Numbered from the stretch's first letter, positions 9,614 through 21,848 are shown. The stretch: DNA of 29,157 bases from Octopus sinensis (GCF_006345805.1 NW_021832966.1:1-29157), one strand, 5' to 3'. A program made the numbers and translations. The notes: generated by a model from the sequence alone, not told the origin.

Positions 9614-9783
9614 ATTAACAGTTATCGACAAGCTAATATGGCAGTCCATAAACATAGAACTAAAGCTGCCGTTGATTAGCTCCACAAGTTCGTGTGTCAT
9701 ATAGCTAGCTAGAGGCGATGGCCTCTTGGAGCTTTAGTCCTATATTTATGGACTGCCATATTAGCTTGGCGATAACTATTAAT
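9614..9783. mobile_element. Long inverted repeat, putative MITE: 54-bp arms, 62-bp spacer, TTAA at both outer ends
   Basis: Left arm 9614-9667 is the reverse complement of right arm 9730-9783 at 50 of 54 positions. Confidence 0.75.
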
Positions 9784-9784
9784 T

Positions 9785-9915
9785 TTTATCTTTGCCTTTC
9801 ATCATTTCGGAGTCGATAAAATAAGTACCAGTTGTGTACAGGGGTCAATATAATCGACTATCCCTCTTCCCCCGAATTCCAGGCCTTTTCCCTATAACAG
9901 AAAAGATTATTATTA
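9785..9915 (+). mobile_element. SINE family B variant (alternative tail), head missing
   Basis: ctttgcctttcatcatttcggagtcgataaaataagtaccagttg...ggggtcaatataatcgac, ending in (att)n. A short inverted tail fragment follows (about 9916-9955). Confidence 0.8.
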
Positions 9916-10754
9916 GTAGTTTCAGATTTTGATACAAGACCAGCAATTTCAGAAAATATTGCCCATATCTCTTCTCTCTGATAAAATTCTAGGTTTTCAT
10001 TTCTATTTCATTTCACAAACTAATGATTTTGTACTAGACTTACTTATTGATGGACAATGCCATGGCCTTTCTTTGTTATAGATGACATCATTTCTATCGC
10101 ATATACAATAGTTAGTGCTATAAAATCGTTAAATATTTCATGGATCCCTTTAGAGAAGATTTGTTTCAGTTTTATGCTATTTTATGTACTTTTCAGTTTT
10201 ATGTACTTTTTAGAAAACAGTACAAATACGATATAAGTATCGATAATGTGTCTTCGTGTTTTTCAAGTATTGGTAAGCTGTTTGATAGTTACAACACCGA
10301 GATCTGGCTAGTCTTTCCTGCAAAACCATAAATTTATAACAAAACTTCGCCATCCAAGATAACTTTCCGTAGGTGTCAAGTTTAAAGATTTTTCAGATGA
10401 TCAGTTTTGTTTCATAGTAATTTCATATGGTCATAAATTCGCAGCGAACGAAAACCATACTTTCATCTTTTAGTCAGGAGATAAGTCAATGACTATAACT
10501 CACTAGACGTCCTTCTAAATGGGTGACAGAGGAACAAAGATATCCTCAAAATGGAAGCCTGTCTCGTATATTTACAACGGATTAGTATCCACTAAATGCA
10601 CTGAAAATGTCCGATGGTGGTGGTAAACCGGGAAATAACTTAAGTCTATCATCCAATTAGATGGCAGCGGGATTTCAACTAAGAGCGCAGCGCAAGAGCA
10701 GCAACAGACAGGGCAATGCGTCTACTCAGAGGTTCTTACATTTCCGCCAGGAGT

Positions 10755-10872
10755 AAGGCTAATTTACCAAATCCGAAAGGATGATAACTAAAAATGACCT
10801 CGGCAGGAGTGGAACTTAGATTCAAGAGAGTAGGAATAAAGATATCTGAGTATATTGTTCGATGTTCTAAAA
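10755..10872 (-). mobile_element. Highly diverged SINE family B-like fragment
   Basis: ccgaaaggatgataactaaaaatgacctcggcaggagtggaactta ~ ccgaaaggatgaaaggcaaagtcgacctcggcggaatttgaactca. Confidence 0.6.
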
Positions 10873-11111
10873 GAATGGTACTGGCCGGGACCCGAAACCA
10901 TAATGGTATCCGATAGGCTGCTGATGATAGATGTTACATTTGATATGATGGTTGACTTGTGAATTTTTTCCTTCTTGTGTTGTTGTCGTTCTAAGTTGTT
11001 CTTTCATGTAACTCTAGTCAACGCAGAGTAAATCGTGTTTAAGTACTTTTGGTTCTTTGACTTATGGTTGCTTATGTTATAACATGCATTGATTGTTCTC
11101 CATTCATTCTG

Positions 11112-11197
11112 CAGTCGATCCCTACAGCTAAAAATTCTTCAAGGGGGTGCCCCAGCATGACCGCAGTCTAGTGGTTGAAACAAGTAAAAGGTAAAAG
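11112..11197 (+). mobile_element. SINE family A-type 3' tail fragment
   Basis: ggtgccccagcatgaccgcagtctagtggttgaaacaagtaaaagg. Confidence 0.8.
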
Positions 11198-11344
11198 TTA
11201 TATATAAGTATGAATAATGCTTTTATAAATTTCGGTTTATTTTTTTCTGGAGCCAAACACTTTCTTTAGAATGTGTTAAGTTTTCTTTTTAATGAAAATA
11301 TTTCGATATAAAATAAATGGATAGGTAAATAAATATATAGATAA

Positions 11345-11369
11345 ATAAGTAATAATAATGATAATAATG

Positions 11370-11405
<36 letters not shown>

Positions 11406-11541
11406 TAATAATAATAATAATAATAACAACAGGTGGCGAATTCACACATTTATATCCGTTTGATAAATTGTCACCTTTCTAAAATATTGAACCTATTTAT
11501 CATTAAGCACTTATATCAGTCACATATATACTTCATACATG

Positions 11542-11586
<45 letters not shown>

Positions 11587-11740
11587 GTGTGTGTGTGTGT
11601 ATCAATGTTTACACACACATGTACATATACATGTATATATGTATATATCTACATATATATATATATATACACGCGCACACACACACATATGTATATATAT
11701 AAGCATATATGTGTATGTGCACGTGTGTGTGTGTATAAAA
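11345..11740. repeat. (AAT)n then (TA)n/(GT)n/(CA)n microsatellites
   Basis: (AAT)n at about 11350-11425 and a dinucleotide block at about 11520-11740, with about 90 bp of unique sequence between. Confidence 0.9.
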
Positions 11741-12093
11741 ACAGGTGTTTGAAATGTTTTCGATAACAAAGATTGATTATCGTAGAAAATGTTTCAAATT
11801 AAATATTATTTTTGTTTTGTTCTCATAAACGTCAAACAGATATAATCTTTCTCCGTGGATATGTAAAATTATATATTACTTTGCTGTCGTATATTGTCGC
11901 TATATCAACAAGAAAATACATTTTTCATAACTTCTTTACTGAAATATAACCTTTCATTGTTAAATGTGGAAAACTACAGATGTTTGGATATACGTCTATT
12001 TTGTAAATCCCCCAAAACGCCTCGTCAATTTTCTATTCTAAAGAGGAAATCTTCGGACTGTCAAGAACTTTAACTACAAAACAAATACATACA

Positions 12094-12152
<59 letters not shown>

Positions 12153-12288
12153 ATGTCTCTGTGTGTTTTATAAGACAATACTTTCTCCCCAGTAGATGAT
12201 ATTTCCCACATAAACATAGGATATTTAAAAGAAGAAACCTCGGTTGTGTCTGGTCGTATATATCTAGAGATAAAACATTACATTTTTT

Positions 12289-12592
12289 GCGCCCTTTTCA
12301 ACCCTAACCAGGCTCATGGGCCCGGTTTCCCGGTTTCTATGGCGTATGCGTTCCTCCCAGCTGGACCCGACGGCAGTCCATCGCAGCGTTAGCTCAAGAA
12401 ACAGGAAGAAACAGTGAGAAAAAGTTGGAGCGAAAGAGTTCAACAGCGGTCGCCACCACCCCTTGCCGGAGCGTCGTGGAGCTTTAGTTGTTTTCCCTCA
12501 ATAAATACACACAACGCCCCCGTCTGAGAATCGAAACCGCGATCCTCCGACCGCGAGTCCGCTGCTCTAACCACTGGGCCATTGCGCCTCCA
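12289..12592 (-). mobile_element. Full-length SINE family D
   Basis: Co-linear with 7968-8267. On the minus strand the head has A-box-like TGGCCCAGTGGTTAG and B-box-like GTTTCGATTC. Confidence 0.92.
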
Positions 12593-12775
12593 AAACATAA
12601 AAAAGACAAAGAGACGTTCGAGAACAACTGGCAAGGTGTTTTAGCCTGCACTAGGGGAAAATGGGAAAGTCTTTGATGTTTTGACCTTACGCTCTTCCAT
12701 AGAAAGGTTTGAGGTGAAATTGAGTCAAAGAACAAACAGAGAAATAATTAAGAAATTACAATAAACACAAATTTC

Positions 12776-12830
12776 TAGTAATACCTCGTCATACCACGCT
12801 TCACCTATCGCGGTTCAACTATCGCGGTTT
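12776..12830 (+). mobile_element. Decayed pogo/Tigger-like terminal inverted repeat fragment
   Basis: tagtaatacctcgtcataccacgcttcacctatcgcggttcaactatcgcggttt resembles CAGTAATCCCTCGCCATATCGCGGTTCA at 29130-29157. Confidence 0.6.
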
Positions 12831-12880
12831 GTCATTTAAGGTTACGTCGATTCCTCAGTGTTGTTGTCTTGCATTTATAA

Positions 12881-12917
12881 TAGTAGACAGAAACTGAAAG
12901 AAGCCCGCCGTATATAT

Positions 12918-12954
<37 letters not shown>

Positions 12955-13165
12955 TGTGTGTCTGTGTTTGTTCCCCCAACATCACTTGACAACCGATGCT
13001 GGTGTGTTTACGTCCTCGTTACTTAGCGGTTCGGGAAGAGGGAACGATAGAATAAGTACTAGACTTACGAAGAATAAAGTCATGGGGTCGATTTGCTCGA
13101 CTAAAAGCGGTGCTCCAGCATGGCCACAATCAAATGACTGAAACAAATAAAAATGAATGAAAAAG
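12881..13165 (+). mobile_element. 5'-truncated SINE family A with internal (GT)n
   Basis: gtagacagaaactgaaagaagcccg...(gt)n...acaaccgatgctggtgtgtttacgtcc...ggtgctccagcatggccacaatcaaatgactgaaac; inverse of 7323-7640. Confidence 0.93.
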
Positions 13166-13179
13166 AAAAGAAAAGAAAG

Positions 13180-13218
<39 letters not shown>

Positions 13219-13734
13219 AACACACATGCATATATACATATAGACTGACAGATAGACACACAGACAAGCAAACTGCATAAATGCATATGTACATACACAT
13301 TAGAATACGATGCCCACTGAACCCTAGCCTGGTTAAGAAAATAGAAGAGAAAGAAAACGTGTATATGCCATTCATGGGGAGCTTGAAAATCAAGCACTTA
13401 AGAGAGGAGTTTCGTTTCATACCCAACTAACGTAACAACCCTTCTGGAGCAATCTATGTTTGAACTTCAGTTTCTTGGTTGTGAATGGAACTCTTTAATT
13501 CATACGCTAAAAATCATCTCTAGGACAACGAAAGTCAGCAAGACCCGAGACCGTTTCCTTTAAAAACTTATTAGTAAGCAGGTGGTCGGTTAAAATTAAC
13601 TTAAAATGAGAAAAAAGAAATCTCATGCATTCAAAAATATATTTCATTTGAGCGAGAAATCTAATCACGGAATGCACAGCTCTTCACGGAATGGAAGCAG
13701 ATTTGCTGACGAGCTATAATTTCTTTTACCGACA

Positions 13735-13788
13735 TTACGTATGTATGCATGTATGTATGTATGTATGTATGTATGTATGTGTAGATAC

Positions 13789-13852
<64 letters not shown>

Positions 13853-13993
13853 TTCTGTGCGTGCGTGTGTGAGTGTCGTGGTATGTGTACAAAGGCCCAG
13901 AAAGAACACTTGTACAAAGATAGATTCATGTAAGTATAAATATGCATAGAGATACTTATATTTGAACACACACACGCACACACATATATATAT

Positions 13994-14037
<44 letters not shown>

Positions 14038-14234
14038 GTGTGTATATACACACACATATATAGATATACGTATACTAACATACATACATACATACATATA
14101 TACATTCATTGAAACGTGTGTATTTGTATATTAACGAAAATGTATGTATGAAGTGAGAAATTCAAGTAAAAATTTACACATAGGAAGTCAAAAAAGATGT
14201 ATATGACTAGTCTTCCATACACACAATTGCACGC

Positions 14235-14299
<65 letters not shown>

Positions 14300-14492
14300 T
14301 TTATGTATTTAAAATTATATATCAGCAATTTTTTATTTATATATATTTGCAAATATACATATTTATGCTTCGAAATACATATTTATCTATATCTATATCT
14401 GCATACAGACATACATACATATATACATACATATATACATTATACACCCATTCACGCACATACATACATACATACATACATACATACATACA

Positions 14493-14523
<31 letters not shown>

Positions 14524-14904
14524 GTATATACATATCGCTGTTTGTAGCTAATAAACACACTAACTCTAACCTTACCAAAACGGCAACGTGGCATTGAATG
14601 AACAACTTTCCATTAGGACGACATCTGAAAGCAACTTCAGAAAGTAAAAGCTTTTTGGAGTTACCATTCCAAAGACTAGAAGACTTTTGTGCATCATTTA
14701 TTGTTGGCGCAGAATGCTTCACTCATGCGATACATTAGCGAAAAGCTTTTCCACGTTTTATGAGGTAAAGGTAATTTAGCCGGTAAGTAGGATTTAAGAT
14801 AGCAAACAGAAGACTTACACCGCCTGCCTTTTCTCTCTGATTTACTGATTTCTATACAGTTAATGTTGTTAAGTATACATGTATACACACACACACAAAC
14901 ATAA

Positions 14905-14970
<66 letters not shown>

Positions 14971-15390
14971 GTGTGTATTTATGTGAGTGTGTGTGTGTGT
15001 TTGTGTGCCTTTGCTTGTGTATGTGTGTATACTCGTATATAACATTATATCTTTATATAGATATAGATACACACACACATATATGTATATACTTATACAT
15101 ACATATATATATATGTGTGTGTGTGTGCGGGCTTGGGTTTAATGTGTATACGTACTTTTATATGTGCGTATAATTGCGTATATTTACAACATATATATAT
15201 ATATATGTATGTAAGTATGTATATACATATATATTTGTGTGTGCGTCTGTGTGTATAAATATATACATATGTGTATATATATATGCCTATATATTCATAA
15301 TTGTACATAAATACACACACGCTCACACACACTCACATACATACATACATTACATACATACATACATACATAACATATAAACATACATAT
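13735..15390. repeat. Large cluster of (TATG)n/(TA)n/(GT)n/(CATA)n microsatellites with short unique islands (about 14140-14220 and 14540-14870)
   Basis: Directly visible; accounts for the ORFs in this interval. Confidence 0.92.
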
Positions 15391-15554
15391 TTATTCGAAA
15401 TGTTTTAAGTAAATTGGTTTTTCACGATGTTATTTACGCGTAGAATCATTATAGCAGAAGTCGAAGATATTTACTGCAGTTTTGTGCTTCCATAATATGC
15501 ATCGGCGTGTCGTTTCGCCTCACCCTATAAATGAAGGCAGCCAAGTTCTACCCC

Positions 15555-15580
15555 TCTCTCTCACCCTTTCTGTCTCTCTC

Positions 15581-15623
<43 letters not shown>

Positions 15624-15640
15624 CACTCTCTCTCTCTTTC

Positions 15641-15686
<46 letters not shown>

Positions 15687-15816
15687 CTATCTATCTATCT
15701 ATTATTCTATCTCACTCTCTCTCTCTATCTATCTCCCTCTCTCTCTATCTATCTATCTCTCTATCTATCAATCTCTCTATCTATCAATCTCTCTCTCTCT
15801 TTCTCTCTCTCTCTAC

Positions 15817-15853
<37 letters not shown>

Positions 15854-15856
15854 ATC

Positions 15857-15904
<48 letters not shown>

Positions 15905-15909
15905 CTCAA

Positions 15910-15952
<43 letters not shown>

Positions 15953-15962
15953 CTATCTCTCT
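15555..15962. repeat. (CTAT)n/(CT)n compound microsatellite
   Basis: About 400 bp of alternating ctat and ct blocks; source of the S/I/Y/L ORFs of 182 and 202 aa. Confidence 0.97.
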
Positions 15963-16289
15963 CCAAGCATTTTTACTCTTCCGCTATCAGCACACAATTG
16001 CAAACTCCAGCCATTGATCTTCGCTGCTAATTGTTGGCTAATAGACTATGAAACACGCCCCAGTGTCAGTCAGGAACATGCTAAGAATCAAAATACATTG
16101 ATTACCTCGTCGATACCAATTCTTCGATTATATGTTTAGATAAAGATAATGGGAGAAGAGGAAGAAGGGGGGCGGCGAACGGAAAGAGAAACATTAAAAA
16201 AGTAAAAAAAAAAACAAACAAAAGAACAAAAAAGAACGACGTCATATACAGAAAGAACACACACAAAACATCACACACTCAAAGCAACA

Positions 16290-16350
16290 CATATGTCACC
16301 ACACACACACTATATACATACAGACATTTCCACGCATTATATACATACAT

Positions 16351-16427
<77 letters not shown>

Positions 16428-16433
16428 TATATA

Positions 16434-16473
<40 letters not shown>

Positions 16474-17290
16474 CAATATTATATATATATATATATATAA
16501 TATATATATATACTACACACAGTTACACGCATATACATATACATATATATATATGTATGTGTGTATGTATATGTATATATATATATGTGTTCTCGTGAGT
16601 GGTTAGCTGTTATTTTATGGAAGCTTACTAAAAGTATTTTAGGTGCAGATAATGTATTATTTTAGTGCAGACTCTGACCTTAAATGTGGTTTACTTTATG
16701 CAGCAAACTGTACTTAAACTATCACACGTACTTCCATACACAAACATAAAACCAAGGCTATATATACATACATACATATATATATATATGTACATATCAA
16801 TATATATCAATATATATCTATATACGTATATATATATATATATAATATATATATATATATATACGTATATATGTATATTTGTATATATGTATACTTAGAT
16901 ATATATATATATACGTACATAGGTATATATACGTGTGTGCGTGTGTCTATGTTTGCCGACATATTTATGCGGTTGCATGTAAAGTGGTATTTGTGGAAGG
17001 CTATGAATGTGTGCTTGATGATTCAGGAATTGTTCGTTACAATCGAAAGCAATATTATTGCGCAATAATTGCACTAATATAATTTGGCGCCTTAAACATA
17101 TATACACATATCATATATCTACATACATACACACGTATGTATGTATAATATATATATATATATATATATAGACATATATATATATATATATGTATATCTA
17201 CCTCTCTCTCTCTCTTATATATATATATACATATATGCATATATACATATATATTATATTGTGTATGATGAGTGTATGTGTGTATGTGAG
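16290..17290. repeat. (TA)n-dominated microsatellite blocks with two unique islands (about 16590-16755 and 16950-17095)
   Basis: Directly visible runs. Confidence 0.9.
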
Positions 17291-17776
17291 TTCACTTCAG
17301 TCCGGTATAGCGTATACCTATCTCTATGCGCATGCATAGAATTACAGATATTTATTGTGCGTATATCATTGTGAATTTGTCGTTGGTTTGTGCGTGTGTA
17401 TATAATAATATGATAGTGTATTTGATAGTTCTCTGTGCCTAGCTATGAAGACATCTATTGCTATTAGTTATCAAAAGATTATCGAATTGTATTTGCTATT
17501 ATATATGGTTTTTGTGTGTGAAACACTGTGCGTTCTGCTCTGCTATGATCCTTGGTCACGTTTCAAGACACAGCTATCTATACACAGATTGGTAGAATAA
17601 AATCCCAAGTTGGCTTTGGTTAAATTTACACACGCACATGTAGAGATTGATCTACATTCAGGTAGCTACTATAACACACCTTATAGAATTTAGAAATCTT
17701 AAACCATAAAAGCTCTTTAGTGTTATGTCTGTTATAAAAATGGAAAGAGCAAAGGGCAAGATGTTGAAGATGTATA

Positions 17777-18130
17777 TAGGGTGTTCTCAAAATTTGTATT
17801 CGCATTTTAAAAACTGCTGTCTTTAATCCATCAGAAATAATGAATAGACCCAGAGTAAGATCTGAACAAAATAAATTTGAACACAGCCAAAGTGCAAAGG
17901 CAGTTTAGAACAGAATTTCAAACAGATGCGCCTATGCGATTTACCACCATTCAAATTAGAAATTAGTCCGAGAGAGAGGTGAAGCGGTTCAGAATGTCTA
18001 CTACAAGAAACGTTCCAGAAGTCAGTAGGCATCAACAAACCCAGAAAGCAAGAACGGCTGCTGAAAGTGTAATGCCAGTCGTGAGATTGGAATTTCAAAC
18101 TGTAGCGATCATTGCACTTTGAAGTAATGT
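17777..18130 (+). mobile_element. Decayed Tc1/mariner DNA transposon: left end plus a frameshifted N-terminal HTH transposase relic (DUF4817-like)
   Basis: TA|TAGGGTGTTCTCAAAA start, resembling TA|CAGGGTGT termini. Translating across frameshifts and stops gives KFE/NTAKVQRQFRTEFQTDAPMRFTTIQIRN*SERE/VQNVYYKKRSRSQ*ASTNPES/ERLLKV*/REIGISNCSDHCTLK, which fits the double-HTH region of this family as I recall it. Confidence 0.78.
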
Positions 18131-18370
18131 TATCAGAAAGCAACGTTACAAGAGAAGTCCATGTTCTCAATGACTAGGGTTCAAACTGAAGCGTGGGCTA
18201 CTTGGCAAAATGTGTGGCAAAAAAAGACAATATTTCTCACAAAAACTCCTTGCAGTAATGGCAGAAAAAAATTTATACGATAATTAGCATTGAAATGTCC
18301 TATTGCTTTTTGAAAAGTGGATGCTGAATAAAAATTATTGATTTCTTTTTTGAAATTCCTGCACAGGGTT

Positions 18371-18465
18371 CAAATTTCATCAAGATTGGTTGGATAGTCT
18401 CGGAGGAATTAAAGTAACAAAACACGCAACTACAAACAAACAGAAATTGCCATATGTATGTATAT
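18371..18465 (+). mobile_element. Possible 3' end of a non-autonomous Helitron-like element (Lep1/DINE-1 style)
   Basis: caaatttcatcaagattggttgg...aaagtaacaaaacacgcaactacaaacaaacag followed by a TA microsatellite resembles such tails from memory only. No second copy is in the window. Confidence 0.35.
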
Positions 18466-18471
18466 TATATG

Positions 18472-18503
<32 letters not shown>

Positions 18504-18505
18504 TA

Positions 18506-18580
<75 letters not shown>
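18455..18580. repeat. (TA)n microsatellite
   Basis: Directly visible; abuts the SINE-A head at 18581. Confidence 0.95.
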
Positions 18581-18583
<3 letters not shown>

Positions 18584-18740
18584 ATGGTCTTCTTCAGTTT
18601 CCGACTCCCTAAATCACTTAGAAAGATTTGGTCGGCTGGAACTTATAATAGAAGACACTTGCCCAAGGTGCCACTAGATTGGACTGAAACCGGAAGCATG
18701 TGGTTGGGAAGCAATCTTCTTACCACAAATCCTCTCCTAT
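18581..18740 (-). mobile_element. SINE family A 5' half
   Basis: Contains agaagacacttgcccaaggtgccac, which reads GTGGCACCTTGGGCAAGTGTCTT on the minus strand (CORE-like ACCTTGGGCAAGT), then the tRNA-like head. Confidence 0.88.
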
Positions 18741-19357
18741 ATATATATGTGTGTGTGTGTGTGTATCTTTGTGTTTGCGTGTCTGTGTGTTTGCGTATTG
18801 TCACAACACAGGACAGAAGTGAAACTTTTCACGTCACATGTCAAACACAACAAATACACTTTTTACTTTCCCCTTTATATTATTTATTCTGCTTCTTCTC
18901 ATTTACATTTTTATTTGTTTGTTTGTTTATTTCGCATGTTTTTACATCTATTTTCGATTTCGCTTTTCCTATCGCAAACAAGATACAAAACAACAGCGCA
19001 TATAAAACAAAAGCCGAACGCATCGAATCAACATGGTGATTCTCAAATTCATCGTTGAACCGAAAATCCGACAGTTTTTGACATTCATTTTCATTTCTAT
19101 CTCGAATATCATTGTCTTTTACTACATTGCTGTTATTTAAAACCACAACGCTTACTGCCATACCATTCTTATCCTACCATCACCTTTTCGCAGATTTTCA
19201 TATATCCAGCCTCCGTTCCGATAATTCTTACATTTGTTTATTTATACGGTTTACCAGAGAATAGATGTAGATAACCTTAAAAAAACGAGAAGACCAGCGA
19301 AAAGGAGAGGCAGAAAATAAAAGGTAACCTTTATCCACTAGCATATAGATAATACCA

Positions 19358-19570
<213 letters not shown>

Positions 19571-19869
19571 CAGTAATACACGCACATGCGCACACACACG
19601 TACATATATGTTAAAATGCACATGAGAGAACATCGCCCAGCTGCAGATCAGCGTTTGTACATTCAGCGAGATGTTTACCGTGTTCTCCGTAGTAAACTGG
19701 CTGGAATAAAAATAAAACTGTTACTGGTCAAATGGTCAGTGGGGGGAAAAAGTAGGGGAGTGAGGAGGAGGAGGAGGAGGAGGAGGAGGAAGATTATTTA
19801 TGTATTACGGCCCATCTCAGCGCATTTTCATTTATTTTCACTTCGGCTGCTGCCTTCCCTTTCAACCAT

Positions 19870-20068
19870 TTTCATCATCATAATCATCATCATCATCATC
19901 ATCATCGGCAGCAGCATTTACTCTCACCTATATTGTCACTCATCGTTAACATAGTACACACCGTCGCCAGCAGCATCGTCGTCATCATCATCATCTTCTT
20001 CATCTTCTTCTTCATCATCATCATCATCATCATCATCAACATCATCATCATCATCGTCATCATCATCG

Positions 20069-20100
<32 letters not shown>

Positions 20101-20840
20101 GTCGTCGTCCTCGTCGTCGCTTGTCAGCATTATCATCATCATCATCATCACCATCATCTTTCTTATCCTCTCATCATCATTATCACCAGCGTCATCATCA
20201 TCTCTTCTCCTTCAGTGTTCCTCTGCCCCCTCGTCATCGTCATTGTCATCACCATTGTCCTCGTCATCTTCATCATCATCATCGTCGTCGCCTTCGTCGT
20301 GATCGTCATCATCATCATCATCTTTATGCATATCATCATGGTCGTAATCGTTAACACAACAACCATCATCATCATCACCATCAGCATCAAGAACCTGATC
20401 CTGAGGAGCAACACTTCCCGCCAACTCCAACACAATCTTGACGAAGAAGCATAAATACGATCATCACCGACACGGACACAACCACCACCACCATCACCAC
20501 TACCATCACTATCACCTCCATCATTCCCACCATCACCACCACCAACACGACCTTCACCGCCACCATCACTACCACCACTATCACCACCATCATCACCATC
20601 ACCATCACTATCACTACAGTCACTATCACCACCATCATCACCTTGCTATCTTCGCCGCTGTCACCATCACCACCACCACTAACACCACCATCACCACCAT
20701 CGCCAGTGCCACCTCCACCGGCAACACAATGACCAAAACCCACCACCACTACCACAAGCACCATCAGCACAACCGCTGCCGCCCATTCCACCACCGCCAT
20801 CACCACCTCCAAAACCACCACTACCACCACCAACAACAAC
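19870..20840. repeat. About 1-kb (CAT)n/(CGT)n/(CAC)n compound trinucleotide repeat
   Basis: Produces the poly-I/H/D/M/V ORFs in all six frames. Confidence 0.96.
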
Positions 20841-21349
20841 TGCAAGACCTAACCTTTATCGTTACATGTATATTTGTACATATATATATATATACCTATC
20901 CCATCCTTCCTCACGATCCTTCCTTCGTTTCCCACAATTTCCCTCGCGGTCATCGTATATTCTGTGGAAAGGCTATCGCATAATAATTGTCCATTTTATT
21001 GATGTTTATTGCTTCTCCTTACACACAATGCCAAAGCGGCACATCAGGTATTTTGGCCGTTAGCTTTTGCTTTTTATTGTATCTTTCGCATCAAAGATTC
21101 CTTCACAGTTTTTCTTGCCACGGTTAAAGGTAAAGATGCGACGTGATTCTTGCTCCAAGATGTATGGAATATTTTCTGATGAGAGTCTTGTGACAGTTAT
21201 TAGGCGATAAATTGTCACATTTATATCAACTGGAAGTCTACGGTTCCATTGATCTCAGGTCTAAATCCAACGAAGCTGAGTCATTGGATATGGAAATATG
21301 TTTGAACAATATGTGCTGATGTAGGTACGTGCGCGCGCACTCATAACTG

Positions 21350-21362
21350 CGTGCTGCGCGCG

Positions 21363-21395
<33 letters not shown>

Positions 21396-21816
21396 TGAGA
21401 GAGATGAGATGGCAGGTAGAAAGAAAGATATTTAATAGATAGATAGAGAGATAAATAGATAGATAATTTCGATAGATAGATGTCTATATTTGTATACGTA
21501 TATATAGATATGCTTGTATACATATACGAATAAACTGATGCATAGATATTCTGGTTGATAAGTTTATTTGTATAGATTGACTATGTTTATGTATATGTAT
21601 ATATAGTATGTATATATACATACATATATATATATTCATGTATAACATATATATATATGTATGTATAACATGTATACATATATATATACCATATATATAT
21701 ATATATATGTGCATAACATGTATATATATATATATATAGAGAGAGAGAGATGCACGTGTATGCATACAAATAGATACAAAGATAGATATACTATGTGCAT
21801 ACACACATACATATAC

Positions 21817-21848
<32 letters not shown>

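Noticed and set aside
14615-14781. Candidate exon between ccattAG and G|GTAAGT
   Set aside because: All three frames contain stops; a non-coding exon cannot be judged without RNA data.
21197-21324. Candidate exon LLGDKLSHLYQLEVYGSIDLRSK... ending near AG|GTACGT
   Set aside because: Weak acceptor, a stop before the donor, no homology and no partner exons.
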